Of a DNA stretch of 64,000 nt, positions 37,915 through 51,172 are shown piece by piece. Source of the DNA: Trichoplax adhaerens (lineage: Eukaryota > Animalia > Placozoa); assembly GCF_000150275.1 (NCBI RefSeq), contig NW_002060964.1:363643-427642 (forward strand), written 5' to 3'. A program made the translations under genes and the position numbers. How positions within the stretch are numbered: the stretch's first letter is position 1; each line of letters begins with the position of its first letter. Under the pieces are notes generated by a model. The model was not told the origin of the DNA. It made no database searches and saw only the letters and a list, made by a program, of their open reading frames with translations.

Positions 37915-39841
37915 TTAACAGACCTTTATCTGTATAAACTTTGAAAACATTAAAGTATTTTATGAAATTTATAGTGGCATTTTTGTTTTATTCCTTCAAA
38001 CTGTCAGCAATTGGCTACAAAACTCAATTTACACTATGTTATTATTTTCAATTTTTGCCATTAATTATTGCTGAAAGATTCTGACTGATACTTTTCTGCC
38101 GGAGGAGGCAAAAATGACATAAGCGAGTACTATTTATGCGGATTGCTATAGATAGATTGTTTAAAGTCCAATTTGCTTTATGTATGCCGACAATTTCTTA
38201 ACATTACACACTGCTTTTAATAGTGATCTTATTAATCATTTGAAAGTGTATATTTTTTAATGTTGACAGACTGTCCGTGGCTATTAGGTCTTCATCTCTT
38301 ACTGGAGCCCACGAGTAAAAATACTTTGGGCCTTCAATTAATTTTGAATATATTGCGATTCAATTTTGAATTTGATATTTTAATGAATTAATAACCTCTA
38401 AGGAACAACGCATATTAAGAGAGTCTTTAAAGCTATATCCAAGATTATTCATTGGTCGCTGTTTTCTTTTACTGAAAATAAAAGATGATTGATGTAACAA
38501 TTTGAGGGAATTAACGTACTCCATAATGCCATTCTTTAGTAATGCGGGGAGAAATGACGACAGTTCTACTCAGCCTTGAAATGCCGCTAAACGCTTTATA
38601 GCGCGTGATCAATGTCCATTCTGCCGTTTATGTTACTTCAGAGTAGGTAGTTTTTGTAGTAAGAAAATAGTGCAATAGATATTACTTAGCAAGGTCCATT
38701 TTTGGCTGCTTAGTCTTCAATACGATTAAACACATCAGAATCATGCATGCGATATTGATACCGCGAAATATGGATAGCTATCGGCCTTCTAATAAATTTG
38801 CAATCAAATGATGTCCAGCTCATAATTATTGCATTTATTCTTATTCATTAAAGTCCAATCTTATGAATACAGAGAGAGTTTTACATATTTTTTATTAACC
38901 AAAATGACAATAAGGCGATGTCTAAAATCGAATTCTCAACGCTGCTGCTGGAATGCATAGTAATAACGTTATTAAATCTTGATATGGAATTCCATGTGTA
39001 CAACTCATGGCATACTAATTGTGATATATCCATATGCGTATATTTTATAATTCAAACGTAGTGATAGAAAGATGCATCACTGTAGCCTAATACGAGTACA
39101 TATGGTATTGTACAGACTTATATGTGCTTATCCATATAAAATATGATGTACGATGTGTATTGAACTTAATTTAACATCCTATACAGCTGTGGTTTGGATA
39201 GTACCTTGATGCTTAATTAACAAGTTCAATAAAATTGTGCCCGTACATCACCGAAGGCAATTTACAACAGCAACCTTGATATCATTACTGTGTCATTGCG
39301 ATTTTTAATCGTTATCATTTCTACCACCATCAACAGTAAAATAGCATCATCAAGAAATAACTATACATCGTATTGGTGACAATCAAGTTATTGATTGGTA
39401 TCAAAGTAGATAGGCAGCTGCAATAAAACATGTATTATCAATTGCAAGTATGAAAATGTGTATAAATATGTAATTATATCGAATAACTAGCGCTCCCTCT
39501 CCCCCAAAATAACTGTCATGAGTATTTATGGCGTTACTTTTAAGTGAGAATAAGCTTTTATCTACTCAGACAGATATACTTGCTTATGATTAATTAAGTA
39601 CAGGTTCAATATTATGATCATTTATGTGCAAGATTTCTATAAATACAGCATGATTACTATATTGTCTGTAAACATGCAAAAATGATTTCTAGTAAGACAA
39701 CGATAGCACTTACTTTTGTTCGGTATATAGCAATTAGACAGGTATACTTTACTCTCTACCGTTTCCATATACTGCATGTACAAGTAATACTTGTATGTAT
39801 ACTATATGATAAACTGCAATGCAGCAGGTCCACTGACAAGT

Positions 39842-41554
39842 CTAAGCTAACTTTTTCTCAATCGTGTACATCAGATATTCTATACCACTGAATGATCCCA
39901 ACTCTCGAAATTTGACAGAAGTTTGGTAACTTTTGGTATTTTCCCTATAGAGATTGCAGCAACGATACAACAGTTGTAATCGAACATCAGGATCTTCATC
40001 GGAAATTTGCACAAATTGACTTGGACATGCCATGACTCGTAGGGCTTCAGCTATAATCTTCTCGCCCATAACTTCTCCATTTTGATGTCTAATGGCAGCA
40101 TCCATTGTTCCTTTATCAAGTACCATATCATAACTACAATCAGCAAACGGCAATGAGGTGGCATCCGCGCATATATAGGATAATCGATGATTGGAATGGT
40201 TGAAGCAATGTTTATATTTCTTTTGCATTCTTTCAATAGCTGTTTGTGAAAAATCGATGCAATCTACCTTTCCAGTTTTATTGAGCCTGTATGGATAAGC
40301 GCAATCATTAATTCCTTAGCAGAATGAATTGGTTTTATACAGCTAGAACATTTACGACATAATATCATAACTTGTGTATCATTTATGGATAGAGTGTACG
40401 AACAAGTTATGGACAAAACCCCGAAATTAGACAATGCCCGACATGATGTTTCAATCTTACCAAACCATTATTCTTACTCATATAGTGGGAAATGCTGCAT
40501 CCAATGATGACTTTCATCTCTAAGATTTATATTATAGTTATTAAGATCTCGATTTCAGCCGTAACAAAGTGAATAGACAAACCGCTGCTACGCCTACACG
40601 GTCCAATTTTTTTGTGGCCCGAACACTGGTTGTTAGTTCAACTACACATTGAGATTAATCTATGTGTATCTGGAATATAATTTTGGTACAGCTACTTTGA
40701 CAAATCGATCTTCTTGTTAGTCTAATTACACGTTGAGATTTATGCAGCATTATTTTAGCCATGATAGTAACTACAGTATCTTGAGTATTCGTTAGAGCAG
40801 GTGAATTTACAAACTAATGTATGGTTCAAATCTTCCTTTTTCACTGCCTATGATGATCAAAATCAATACAATGAATTGGCGTAGCATTATTGTGAACATG
40901 ATGGCGAATATTTTGAAGACGCTTTACTTGGTGCAGGTTCATGTAACACATTAATCACCTATCTATGGTTGAAACTGTCCTTTTTTCACGGCCTGTAAAC
41001 GATCTCAATAAATAGAATGAATTGGCAAGATTGCAATATCATTTCGGGGATTGAAGATCACCTTGACCCATTGGCAAATGGACATGATCCATAAGTATAA
41101 TTGATATTGCGCCGAATTGAATGCAAGATTTGAACATTCGTTCGGGGATTGACCACGACACTTGTCTATCCACAAACGAACATAAACAATCCGTATTGTA
41201 ATTGCTATTGCAAATGGAAAACTAGCTATTCTGTTGATTCCATCTGCGTTGTACTCTAGACTAGTGTGTACAGTATCGTCAGCATCAGCATCATGTAATG
41301 GATGTACTATTGACAGTCGATGCTTACAGGTCAAGGAAAATGTGAGCTGCCATGTCAGAAATGCCGCAACCTAAATCGAGCACAGCAAAATCCTGATGGT
41401 AATTGGAGAAAATCCATGGTTGTAGAACGCTTTTAAGGTGTTGATAATCGAGAAACCAATCCAATGGATCGGATTTGGCTCTAGCTGCATAAAATTTCTC
41501 CCAGGTAGTCCTCTCGGCTAAACGATGTAACCGACGGTAAAGAACGTGCAACAT
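39842..41554 (-). CDS. CSKMT: Citrate synthase lysine N-methyltransferase (METTL12)-like, 2 exons
   Basis: Exons 41554-41328 and 40286-39842 join in frame. Motifs DWFLDY, VLDLGCG, IDFS and LDKGTMDA are present, plus family-type QISDEDPDVRL and RELGSFSGIEY. Confidence 0.88.
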
Positions 41555-42039
41555 GCTCGCGATCGGGGGTGCATGCAATTATGATCTTGCTGGCTTGGTC
41601 ATCATAAACTCATTCCTCCCTCTTCCACATCATCATCATCCAGCAGCAAAATTAGCGCTGAGCATGGAAAGTTGCCATCATGGCTAGCCAGGAGGAATGT
41701 GCAGTCACGATCACCAATGCTGTTGCCAAGCGATCTCAAAACCCTACAGCTGGCATCTGCCGAGTGACTTGACTTGAGTCACTGATGAATGACCTTTGGG
41801 CAGAAGTGAAGCTAAGCGTTGTTGACGTTGATCCGGTTGACTTTTGCAGTCGTGTTTTCAAAAGGATGACGTGTGAGTACGTTGACGCTTATCGAAGTCT
41901 ACAGTACTGTAAACAACGATGACGCTCAAGGTTCAGCTGTTCAGTACGAGACACCCCCCAGAGGGGGTCTCTGCTGTTGCGCCTACTGAACAGTGTACAG
42001 TCCTCGTGTTCATGAAGCTGAGACGTTGACTTTTGTGGG

Positions 42040-43258
42040 GTACAGTACTTGAATATACTGTACACTGTAGAGTATTCATTGTGCTTTCCATACAGTACAG
42101 TATGGCAAAACCAGTTCTTGGTATTCCTGCATCATCGACGTCTACAGTACATAGTGTAGTACCTTCTAGAAGTCGATGCTATGGGACCAGCCTTCGCTCA
42201 ACAATAGCAAGCCGTACGGTACAGTACACTGTAGAGTATTCATTGTGCTTTCCATACTGTACACTGTACAGTATAGCAAAACCAGTTCATGGCATTCCTG
42301 CATCATCGACGTCTACAGTACATAGTGTAGTACCTTCTGTACTGTAGAAGTCGATGCTATGTACTGTACACTGTAGAGTATTCATTGTGCTTTCCATACT
42401 GTACACTGTATAGCAAAACCAGTTCATGGTACAGTACTGTATTCCTGCATCATCGACGTCTACAGTACATAGTGTAGTACCTTCTAGAAGTCGATGCTAT
42501 GACCAGCCTTCGCCCAACAATAGCAAGCCGTACGGTACAGTACACTGTACTGTAGAGTATTCATTGTGCTTTCCGTACAGTACTGTATAGCAAAACCAGT
42601 TCATGACATTCCTGCATAATCGACGTCTACAGTACAGTACAGTATGTACAGTACATAGTGTAGTACCTTCTGTAGAAGTCGATGCTATGTACAGTACTGT
42701 ACTGTACTGTACACTGTACAGTAGAGTATTTATTGTGCTTTCCATACTGTACTGTACAGTATAGCAAAACCAGTTCATGGTACAGTATAGTACTGTACTG
42801 TACTGTATTCCTGCATCATCGACGTCTACAGTACATAGTGTAGTACTGTACCTTCTGTACCGTAGAAGTCGATGCTATGTACCGTACAGTACTGTACTGT
42901 ACACTGTAGAGTATTCATTGTGCTTTCCATACTAGTGTAGAGTATAGCAAAACCAGTTCATGGTACAGTATTCCTGCATCATCGACGTCTACAGTACATA
43001 GTGTACTGTAGTACTGTACCTTCTGTACTGTAGAAGTCGATGCTATGTGTGTACTGTACTGTACTGTACACTGTAGAGTATTCATCGTGCTTTCCATACT
43101 GTACTGTACACTGTACAGTATAGCAAAACCAGTTCATGGTACGGTATTCCTGCATCATCGACGTCTACAGTACTGTACTGTACATAGTGCAGTACCTTCT
43201 AGAAATCGATGCTATGGGACCAGCCTTCGCCCAACAATAGCAAGCCGTACGGTACAGT
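42040..43258. repeat. Tandem array of 7 units (~140-190 bp) between the divergent CSKMT and EML genes, with many copy-specific CAGTA/CTGTA insertions
   Basis: 'gagtattcattgtgctttcc..gcaaaaccagttc..catcatcgacgtctacag..gaagtcgatgctat' recurs near 42070, 42234, 42376, 42555, 42724, 42909 and 43076. Three units carry an extra 'gaccagccttcg..gcaagccgtacgg' block. Confidence 0.96.
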
Positions 43259-43824
43259 AAGGCAACGTCGCGGTACTCTTTTGTCCACTGGGTGACGGAT
43301 CGTCGGTGAATCACCACCCATTCACCACGGTTGACTGAGTGGTTGAGGTCGACGCCGTGCAGCCAGTGACGACGAGTCGATTGACCGTCCAACGGGTCAA
43401 GTGACAAGGGAGTGTGTCGCATCTTGCTTGACTTGACTAGACTGTCGCACGTCAGACGTTCAGCCAAAGCTTGACATTGCAGTCTAAGAAAAAATTCTTT
43501 CTTTGCCAGCCAAAAATTTCATTGGCAGCCATTACAGTAAGTGGAATAAAATTGATTTTCCTTCCTTTCTTCCTATTAACTTGATCCATTTGCCATGCAA
43601 AGGTAGAAGTATGCATTTTCAAAGAGTTGAAAGAGGATGCATACGTGTTGATTTTTTCTCAATCCTTTTGAATTGAATTCTTCCAGCCACAACAAAAGCA
43701 GTACTAATCGACCGATACAATAGTATATTGCATAGACTAGTCGCAGGCTGAGCAAGAAAGTCTGTCCCTTTTCCAACGTTTATGGATCAGTCATTTTTCT
43801 TCTGCTTCTTCAACTAGACTAGAC

Positions 43825-46800
43825 ATGGAGAATAATAACGAAACCAGCTCGGAAGATCAACCGATGCATGGCAGTGATGTGGAAAAAGAATTGAAAGAGC
43901 GAATTCAAGATCTTGAACAACATATCAAGCATCAAGATGACCGAATCACCATCTTGGAAACGGCTTTAGCTCGAGTTTGCCGCTTAGTCGAATCGCAACC
44001 AACAACAACCACTACAACAACATCATCATCATCAAGCCAAAGCCGTTCAAGTCGGCCAAGTTCAACCAGTCGTCCTCGCAGTAGTAAGAAAGGTATCCTG
44101 ATGCATAATACTTTCCACATCTATCCAAGAATGAACTTGCCTTTCAAATGACCAGTTATTGTCTTGCTTGTTATATCACGTTCTACTTGACTTAACCAGT
44201 CAGTTATTAGGCAGTCTAATGGGTCATCCATCTCTTCTATGCCTACTGTAGCCTACTTTATCATGACTTGAAAGAGACTAATTTTAGTACCCCCCTCCAA
44301 ACGTTGTTGTTTCTACTGTAAAATATCACCCCTAAAAAATGGAAAACGATACGTTACTTTTACTATCTATACCTACCCGATCGATCCAGTTTTCCTTGAA
44401 ACTGCAAGCATATCGTGCTGAGGATAAAAGGCTATAAATCAATGATATTCAATTTGAATGAATTGTTGAGATAACTTAATTATGAATTACATCAAAAGAA
44501 AGAAAGAAGAAACACGCCAGGTCTTGCCCATATCGTTCAAAGCCGTGATTGAATTAAATTCCACTTGGTTTCATCACCAATGGGTCTGATACAATCTGTA
44601 TCGAGTCCATCCATAAACAAGATTGAATCACTTTGCACTTGATTGCTACTGCAAAGAATCGTCAACATGACACGTTGATCAATGCACAGTAAAATCAAGG
44701 CAAACCAATCTATCCTATCGTTCCACCTTTGATGGCTATACCTTTCAGCAACAATGAAGATCACGATCAAGGTGAAATATAGAAAACTTGGCTTAATCGC
44801 TATGTCTGTTGTAGTCATTGACGAACGTAGAAACTGCATGGACGGATTCATCAAGCAATGGAAGGATATTCAGCGCCACACCTGCATTGGCACCTTTCTA
44901 TTGAGTGCTCACGAGTCGTTAATTGAGTTTTAATATCCTACTGGAGAGTGTTTTTCAATGATAATCACCTTATCCTTTTGATGATCATCAAAATAACTCC
45001 GATAAAATAGTCTAATAGCCATAACTCTTTGAACTGGCGTTTTGTTAGCTATTGAAAGAAATGAGTAGTATACTTTAATTCCATGAATTGTTTCACGCAT
45101 TAATCTACAAAAGATTTGCGTCGTCTCAGGTTTTAATCACATTGATTACAATATTACCGCAGATATGGAATATCGCACCGGGAATGTATTCATAGTGCCT
45201 AGTCTAACTTTTCTAATACTATCCTAACCAAATTGAATTCCCGGCATAATGATACTCCTACAGCAAGTACTGACTGACACTACCTATCGTAACGCGGATA
45301 AAGTTCATCCAATTTCAGATTCAACTCTACATGACAATTGCCATCACATCCTAATGTATCATAATTCGTAAAGCAATAACGAATTGCTTTACGAATTACC
45401 TCATGTTCATTATATCACCATAATACTCTTTTATCAAATCATGCTCGATTTCTAATGTTAACCACATTAATGTATCAATTACCTGAACTAAAATCGACCC
45501 CTTCTCAAGTAACATAGTAATAATTATTTATGGTAAACTTGACCAAGTTACTGAATGAAGTTGAAAATAGTGTGAAAGGGATATTAATATTTAATTAAAA
45601 TTTATTATACCATATATATAGTTTATTGTCTAATTCAATAATACTTTTTAATTACTATAGCAGTAAGTACACCAAGCAAACCGTCGTCTGAAAGTAAAAT
45701 TAGCACACCATCTTCAGCAATATCAAGACCAAGTACTGCTACAAAAAGGACTACCACCACACCCGCAAGTGATCGGTCGGCCAGGTTAGTTGATCAATCA
45801 GGGATATGCAGTACTGTACGTAAGAAATAGTTTATTAATAGACACGTTAATAACATGCCGTCTATATTTTTACTAACTGAAGGCGACAATCCTACTATAC
45901 AGAATTAGTCCAGACATACTGTAGACCATCATTTGTTGGACAATGATAGAAATTAATTATCTTAATAATAAATGTGCAGATAGCAATTGATGATGTTTAT
46001 CGTAGCTACACGTTAACTTCGTGAAAACGTATTGTTTTGATCCTTGTTGTCTTGTATTTCGGATTCCTTCAATCTCGATATCCAGCAAGAAACATACAAC
46101 AAGCAAGTTAGCAAAAAAGCATGTCAGGTATGTCATAATACAAATATTGATTTTGTATCGAAATGCTACTACTGATAACTTAATTTGCGCTTAGTTAACC
46201 CTTTATTATACACTATAACAAAGAATGCTATCTAAATATTTTATATTTTTAATGATTTAGTTCACATAGCACATCTTCAAAGGATGCTGTTGATTCTAAA
46301 ATCGACCTTGGTTAGTCCTTAATTAACAATTAATTATTGAACGAATGACTTCATTTTTGACAAAGGAATAACTCTATAAAACATATCTGACCGCTTATAC
46401 TGTAGATGAGCAAAGCATTCGCATTTATCTACGTGGTCGTCCAGTTTTACTATACGCTCCAAGTTCAACATCTATACCTAAAGAACCTAAGCCTATTGAT
46501 GCTCCTTCTGAGGCCCTATCGTTAGAATGGGTGTATCTTTTTTAGCGTAAAAAGTTATCTCTGATGCATAGTACGACATTTTTGCCAATTTACTATTGCT
46601 ATATCTTGATGAATTCCTTGACTTTAAGCAGCTTTGGTTATCGAGGCAGGGATTCGCGCGACAATATCTATTTGGTAGGCGACGATATCGTCTACTTCAC
46701 TGCTGGAGTTGTTGTTTCTTATAATCCTTCCACTTCAACTCAACGTCATTATCTTGAACATACAGATGACATTAAAAGGTATAAGTTAAAATTAAGAAAA

Positions 46801-49800
46801 AATCACGTCAACGCTTACTATATCAACTTATCCATTCCATTTATTAACTGATTGATCTTTGAATTCGCTAAATAGCTTAGCTATCCATCCGGATGGAGTT
46901 ACCATGGCATCTGGACAGGTAGCAGGACATGAGAAGAATGCTGGCAAGGTCAGATACGTTTATTAGATAGCTTATTATCAACTCTAATACATAGATAGCC
47001 TAATTGGTTGGATTTGATAATAACGATCAACTTTATTTTGCATATCAGCCACATGTACGTATCTGGGATTCTAGTACCTTAAAGACTATAGCTGTAATTG
47101 GTGTGGGTGAATTTGATAGGGCTGTAGCTTGCGTAGCCTTTAGTAAGGTAATGATCATACTTTTACCAATACAATTCTCTAATTGAACTGAAACCGTAAT
47201 TTTTCGCGTTATTTTGATTATTCGTCAATCATAGTCAAATAATGGAGATCGTTTAGCTGTTGTGGACGAATCTAATGATCACGTACTGTCCGTTTGGGAA
47301 TGGAGAAAGAAAAAGAAGCTTTTGGACACCAAGGTAAGTTGCTTAATAAAATTTATACCATCTCATCATTACTACATACTACCTATGTACTTCTTATATC
47401 CGTTGCTAACTTTCCATTTAATCCTTACGACTTAGTCCCACGGTGAATCAGTTTTTGCTGCATCGTTCTTACCAAACGATCATGATGGCATTGTGACGTG
47501 TGGTAAATCGCATATCTGTTTCTGGACCATTGATGATGATTTAAGAATTTCAAAGAGAATGGGAATTTTTGAGGTAGACGTGGATCATTTTACAATATTT
47601 TCATTTTATAGTGGTTTCTTCTTCTAACGATATCTACGACGCCTATCATTGCAGAAACATCCTAAACCGAAAGCAATCCTTTGCCTGGCCTTCAATGAAA
47701 ATAATGATGTTTTATCTGGAGATAGTAACGGCAATATTTTTGTATGGGGTGCAGGTACGAAAATAGACGATATCATAATTATAGCAAATAGTCAAAAATA
47801 ATAACTAGGTGGCCTTATGATAATATAGGTGGTAATCGCATAACTGAAGAGCTTAAAGACGCTCATGAGGTAAATTTCTTTTTTCAAATGATCTTACAGC
47901 ATTGAGTGTATAATTTTGTGAAACTATGATTTTAATTCTCAGTATTTTTGTAAAATATTGACTAAATTTGAAATTTACAGGGCAACATTTTTGATTTGGT
48001 CGTATTACCAAATGGCGAGATTGTATCTGGTGGTGGTCGTGATAGGAAACTAAAACTGTGGGACTCCTCATTAAAAGCTATTGAAGATGCAGAGCCAGTT
48101 GAAGTACATAACTAAATTATATTTAAATATGCCTTATATTGAAATTAATTTTGTAATCGTATATTACCCACTGATTGATAGCTATCTGAAGAAATGGGCG
48201 CACCTAGGTGCATAGCACCTATTAAATGCGATGATGGTAGATCATTCGTCGTCGGCACAGTTCGCAATCATCTAATACGTTGCAATAATTTATTCTCAAG
48301 TGAAAGCGATATAGAGTATATTAATCAGGTGAATGACTTTTATGATTGGTGTTACTGCTTGTGATAGTAACTGTAATATGAAAAGATTTAACTGATGTGT
48401 AATTATTTTCATCCAGGGTCACCATGACGAGCTGTGGGGCGCTGGTATAAATGCTGCTGGAGATAAATTCGTTTCATGTTCTTATGATAAAATAATTTAC
48501 CTTTGGAACCTGGAATCGCGCGAAGTTATCTGGTCCAAATCTATTGAAGTTTGTACACTCTTGTATCTTACAATGTCAACATTCTTGACTTGTTAGGGCT
48601 TTAGTTAGCTATTATGGAAGCACATACTGAACTAATTATCTGCGCCCCATAAATTAACAGGAAGGAGCTCAATCAGCAACGTTTAACCCCAGTGGTGATC
48701 TAATTGCAATTGGAACTATTACTGGAAAGTAAGTGTTGACTTGCAAGCTTGTAGCTTTTTATTAATGCTTCTTCAAGGACATAAGTCATTTACGCACCTA
48801 TTTTAATTTTTAGATGGTACGTCCTATCGAGTGAAGATGGAGATATTAAAGCCGAATTCACCAGTGGACCCGAACAACTTGACGTTCTTCGATATTCTCC
48901 TGGTACACCATAGTTACTAGAATTGGCTTATTAATAATATCGTATTTAGTAACTTGACTTTAACATTCATTCCAGATGGAAAATATATTGCAGTTGCCTC
49001 GCATGACAATTACGTTTATATCTATTCTGTTGCTGATAACCCATCGGAATACAAATTGGAAGGAAAATGTTCAGTTAGTGTTTTTAACTGCAAGATATGA
49101 CTCTATTTTTATTCTAATTGCAATTCTTAAGTGTTCTCTTCTTTTGTTTAAAAATATTAGGGCCATTCGAGCTTCATCACTCATATTGATTGGTCAAAAG
49201 ATAGCAATTACTTGCAGAGTACATCTGGTGACTATGAACTGTTATTCTGTAAGTATACGAGACGCGCTCGTTCATATCGATGAAATGCTTACAGTTTTAT
49301 TACGACGAGTTTATTGTGGAAAAATATTTTATAGGGGAAGCACCTTCGGGTTCCCAAGTAACTTCTGCCATTGCTATGAGAGATGTTGAATGGGAAACAG
49401 TTAGCTGTGTCCTTGGATATTCTGTTTGCGGTAATGCAATAAGTTAAACTTAAGGTGTCAATTTTATTTTATGATGAGTTCACTATCTGATATTGCCGCT
49501 ACATACGTATGCAGGTATTTGGGCTGAAGGTTCTGATGGTACTGATGTCAACGCTGTTGCGAGGTCATTTAACGGTAATTTATTAGCTACTGGTGACGAT
49601 TTTGGAATGGTAAATTTATTCAAGTACCCATGCAATCAACCAAAGGTAAGGCGCTTCATTGCTACAACCATGCCACTTATATTTAATTCTCTGTACTATA
49701 TGGTCATTGGCTAATGCTAACGAAGTATTGTTTATTTTCTTTTGCATCATTAGTCCTCATGTAATCAGTATACTGGCCATAGCTCTCACGTCACCAACGT

Positions 49801-49891
49801 ATTATTTACTCCAAATGATGCAAGATTGCTGTCTACCGGTGGTCGGGATAACACCATTTTATTGTGGAAAGTTGATAGTAGCAGTTCTTAA
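43825..49891 (+). CDS. EML: Echinoderm microtubule-associated protein-like (EML1-4/EMAP family), about 20 or more exons
   Basis: N-terminal coiled coil LKERIQDLEQHIKHQDDRITILETALA; HELP motif IYLRGRP...LSLEWVFGYRGRDSRDN; WD/TAPE motifs QRHYLEHTDDIK, LAIHPDG, ASGQVAGH, GHSSFITHIDWS, GIWAEGSDGTDVNA, GDDFGMVNLFKYPC and YTGHSSHVTNV; stop TAA at 49889-49891. Confidence 0.97.
45362..45398. repeat. Perfect 16-bp inverted repeat with 5-nt loop in EML intron 1
   Basis: taattcgtaaagcaat-aacga-attgctttacgaatta. Confidence 0.9.
46533..46631 (+). other. U12-type (minor spliceosome) GT-AG intron in EML
   Basis: Donor GTATCTTT, branch site TTCCTTGAC (46614-46622) close to the CAG acceptor, no polypyrimidine tract. 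Removal restores LEWV-FGYRG. Confidence 0.85.
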
Positions 49892-51172
49892 TGATTTGTT
49901 TTACAGTCTTAATATATGACGATAGTTCCAATATCTATATACTACAAGTATTTTATCCATTATCTCATTTGTTTTTGCTCATGTTGTGCTGAACTGAGAT
50001 AGCAAATCATTTTAATCTGAAATATTATGCAGCTATGCTTATCCTCTATTTTATCTAGTATTATGATTATTCATACTTCCAACAGTTTGTTATCCTTAGT
50101 TCGTCCGCTAATGTTATCTGCCTTTTGGAAGTACAAAATGTTTCGGCTGTCGCTCGATATCATTAATCCGGTCAATTTGTAGCGTTAATGATTTGTGATG
50201 TGAGTGTTACGAAAATAAAAGCCATTGTTTGTGTACAAGTATAGGAGTTGAATATCAACTAGATATTGTGTGTCGTAGAAGTACGAACATTGATAAAATG
50301 CGTATTTCAACATAAGTTAGCGAGATAGAATTAAAAGAGGTTTGATTACGGCCATCTCACTTGTGATGTTGGTAGAACACGTCGAAACATCCACCGGTAA
50401 CTAAGTTAAACAGCCGTATTGCAATGCAAGTAGTCGGCCATGTGTCTATTTAAACTGACATGTAATGCTTTTCTAACCTTTAACATGGACTTTGCAAACG
50501 AATTTCACATTTTACTGTTGAAAGATGACTGAATATATTGACTAGCATAAGTATACTACTACACGAATCATTACTTGTAAGTTTCAATTAGCTTAAATGT
50601 ATCAATATTTTCATCTAGTGCAGTCATTTTATTAGTAAATAGCTTAAAGGATTTTAGGATAATCCCACTAGCATAATCACTGAATGTGATATCGTCATTT
50701 CTCAAATACTAGCTAGCAGAAAACAGATTTGAAGCTAAGTAAATAATAGAAAATATCCTCACCCACGTCAAAATTTTAATTTTTCGAGTTGATTTATTTG
50801 AGAAACAAAGCAAATAATTTCAATTTTTGTATCACTATTTATAAATTTGTATTCAAGCCATAAATCTGTTTCTGTTTAATATATGTATACCTGTACTCTC
50901 AAGAAATAAAAATTCTTAATCATAAAATTAGCCGGAGTATTTAATAAATAATGAATTAGTTTTTGATCGTTCAGATATATAAATAAAGTACATTAACGAA
51001 TATTTATAAATAATCCTATCTACATTCTCTATGATAGATATTTAGAAAGATAAGTAACTCTTTGAAAAAAGTAAAAGAACAAATTCAATATTCTAGTACT
51101 GGGATAATTGAAATAGATATTTTGCTCTATTGCGATTGTTGATTTCCAAATATTATTGTGCACGCCTCATAT

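Noticed and set aside
41948-41971. GC-rich hairpin as a Helitron 3' end or terminator
   Set aside because: No CTRR terminus at the expected distance, and bacterial terminators are irrelevant here.
42033-43467. ORFs rich in TVQYSTV / VLYCTV (also 19456-20841)
   Set aside because: Translations of CAGTA/CTGTA stacks, not protein-like.
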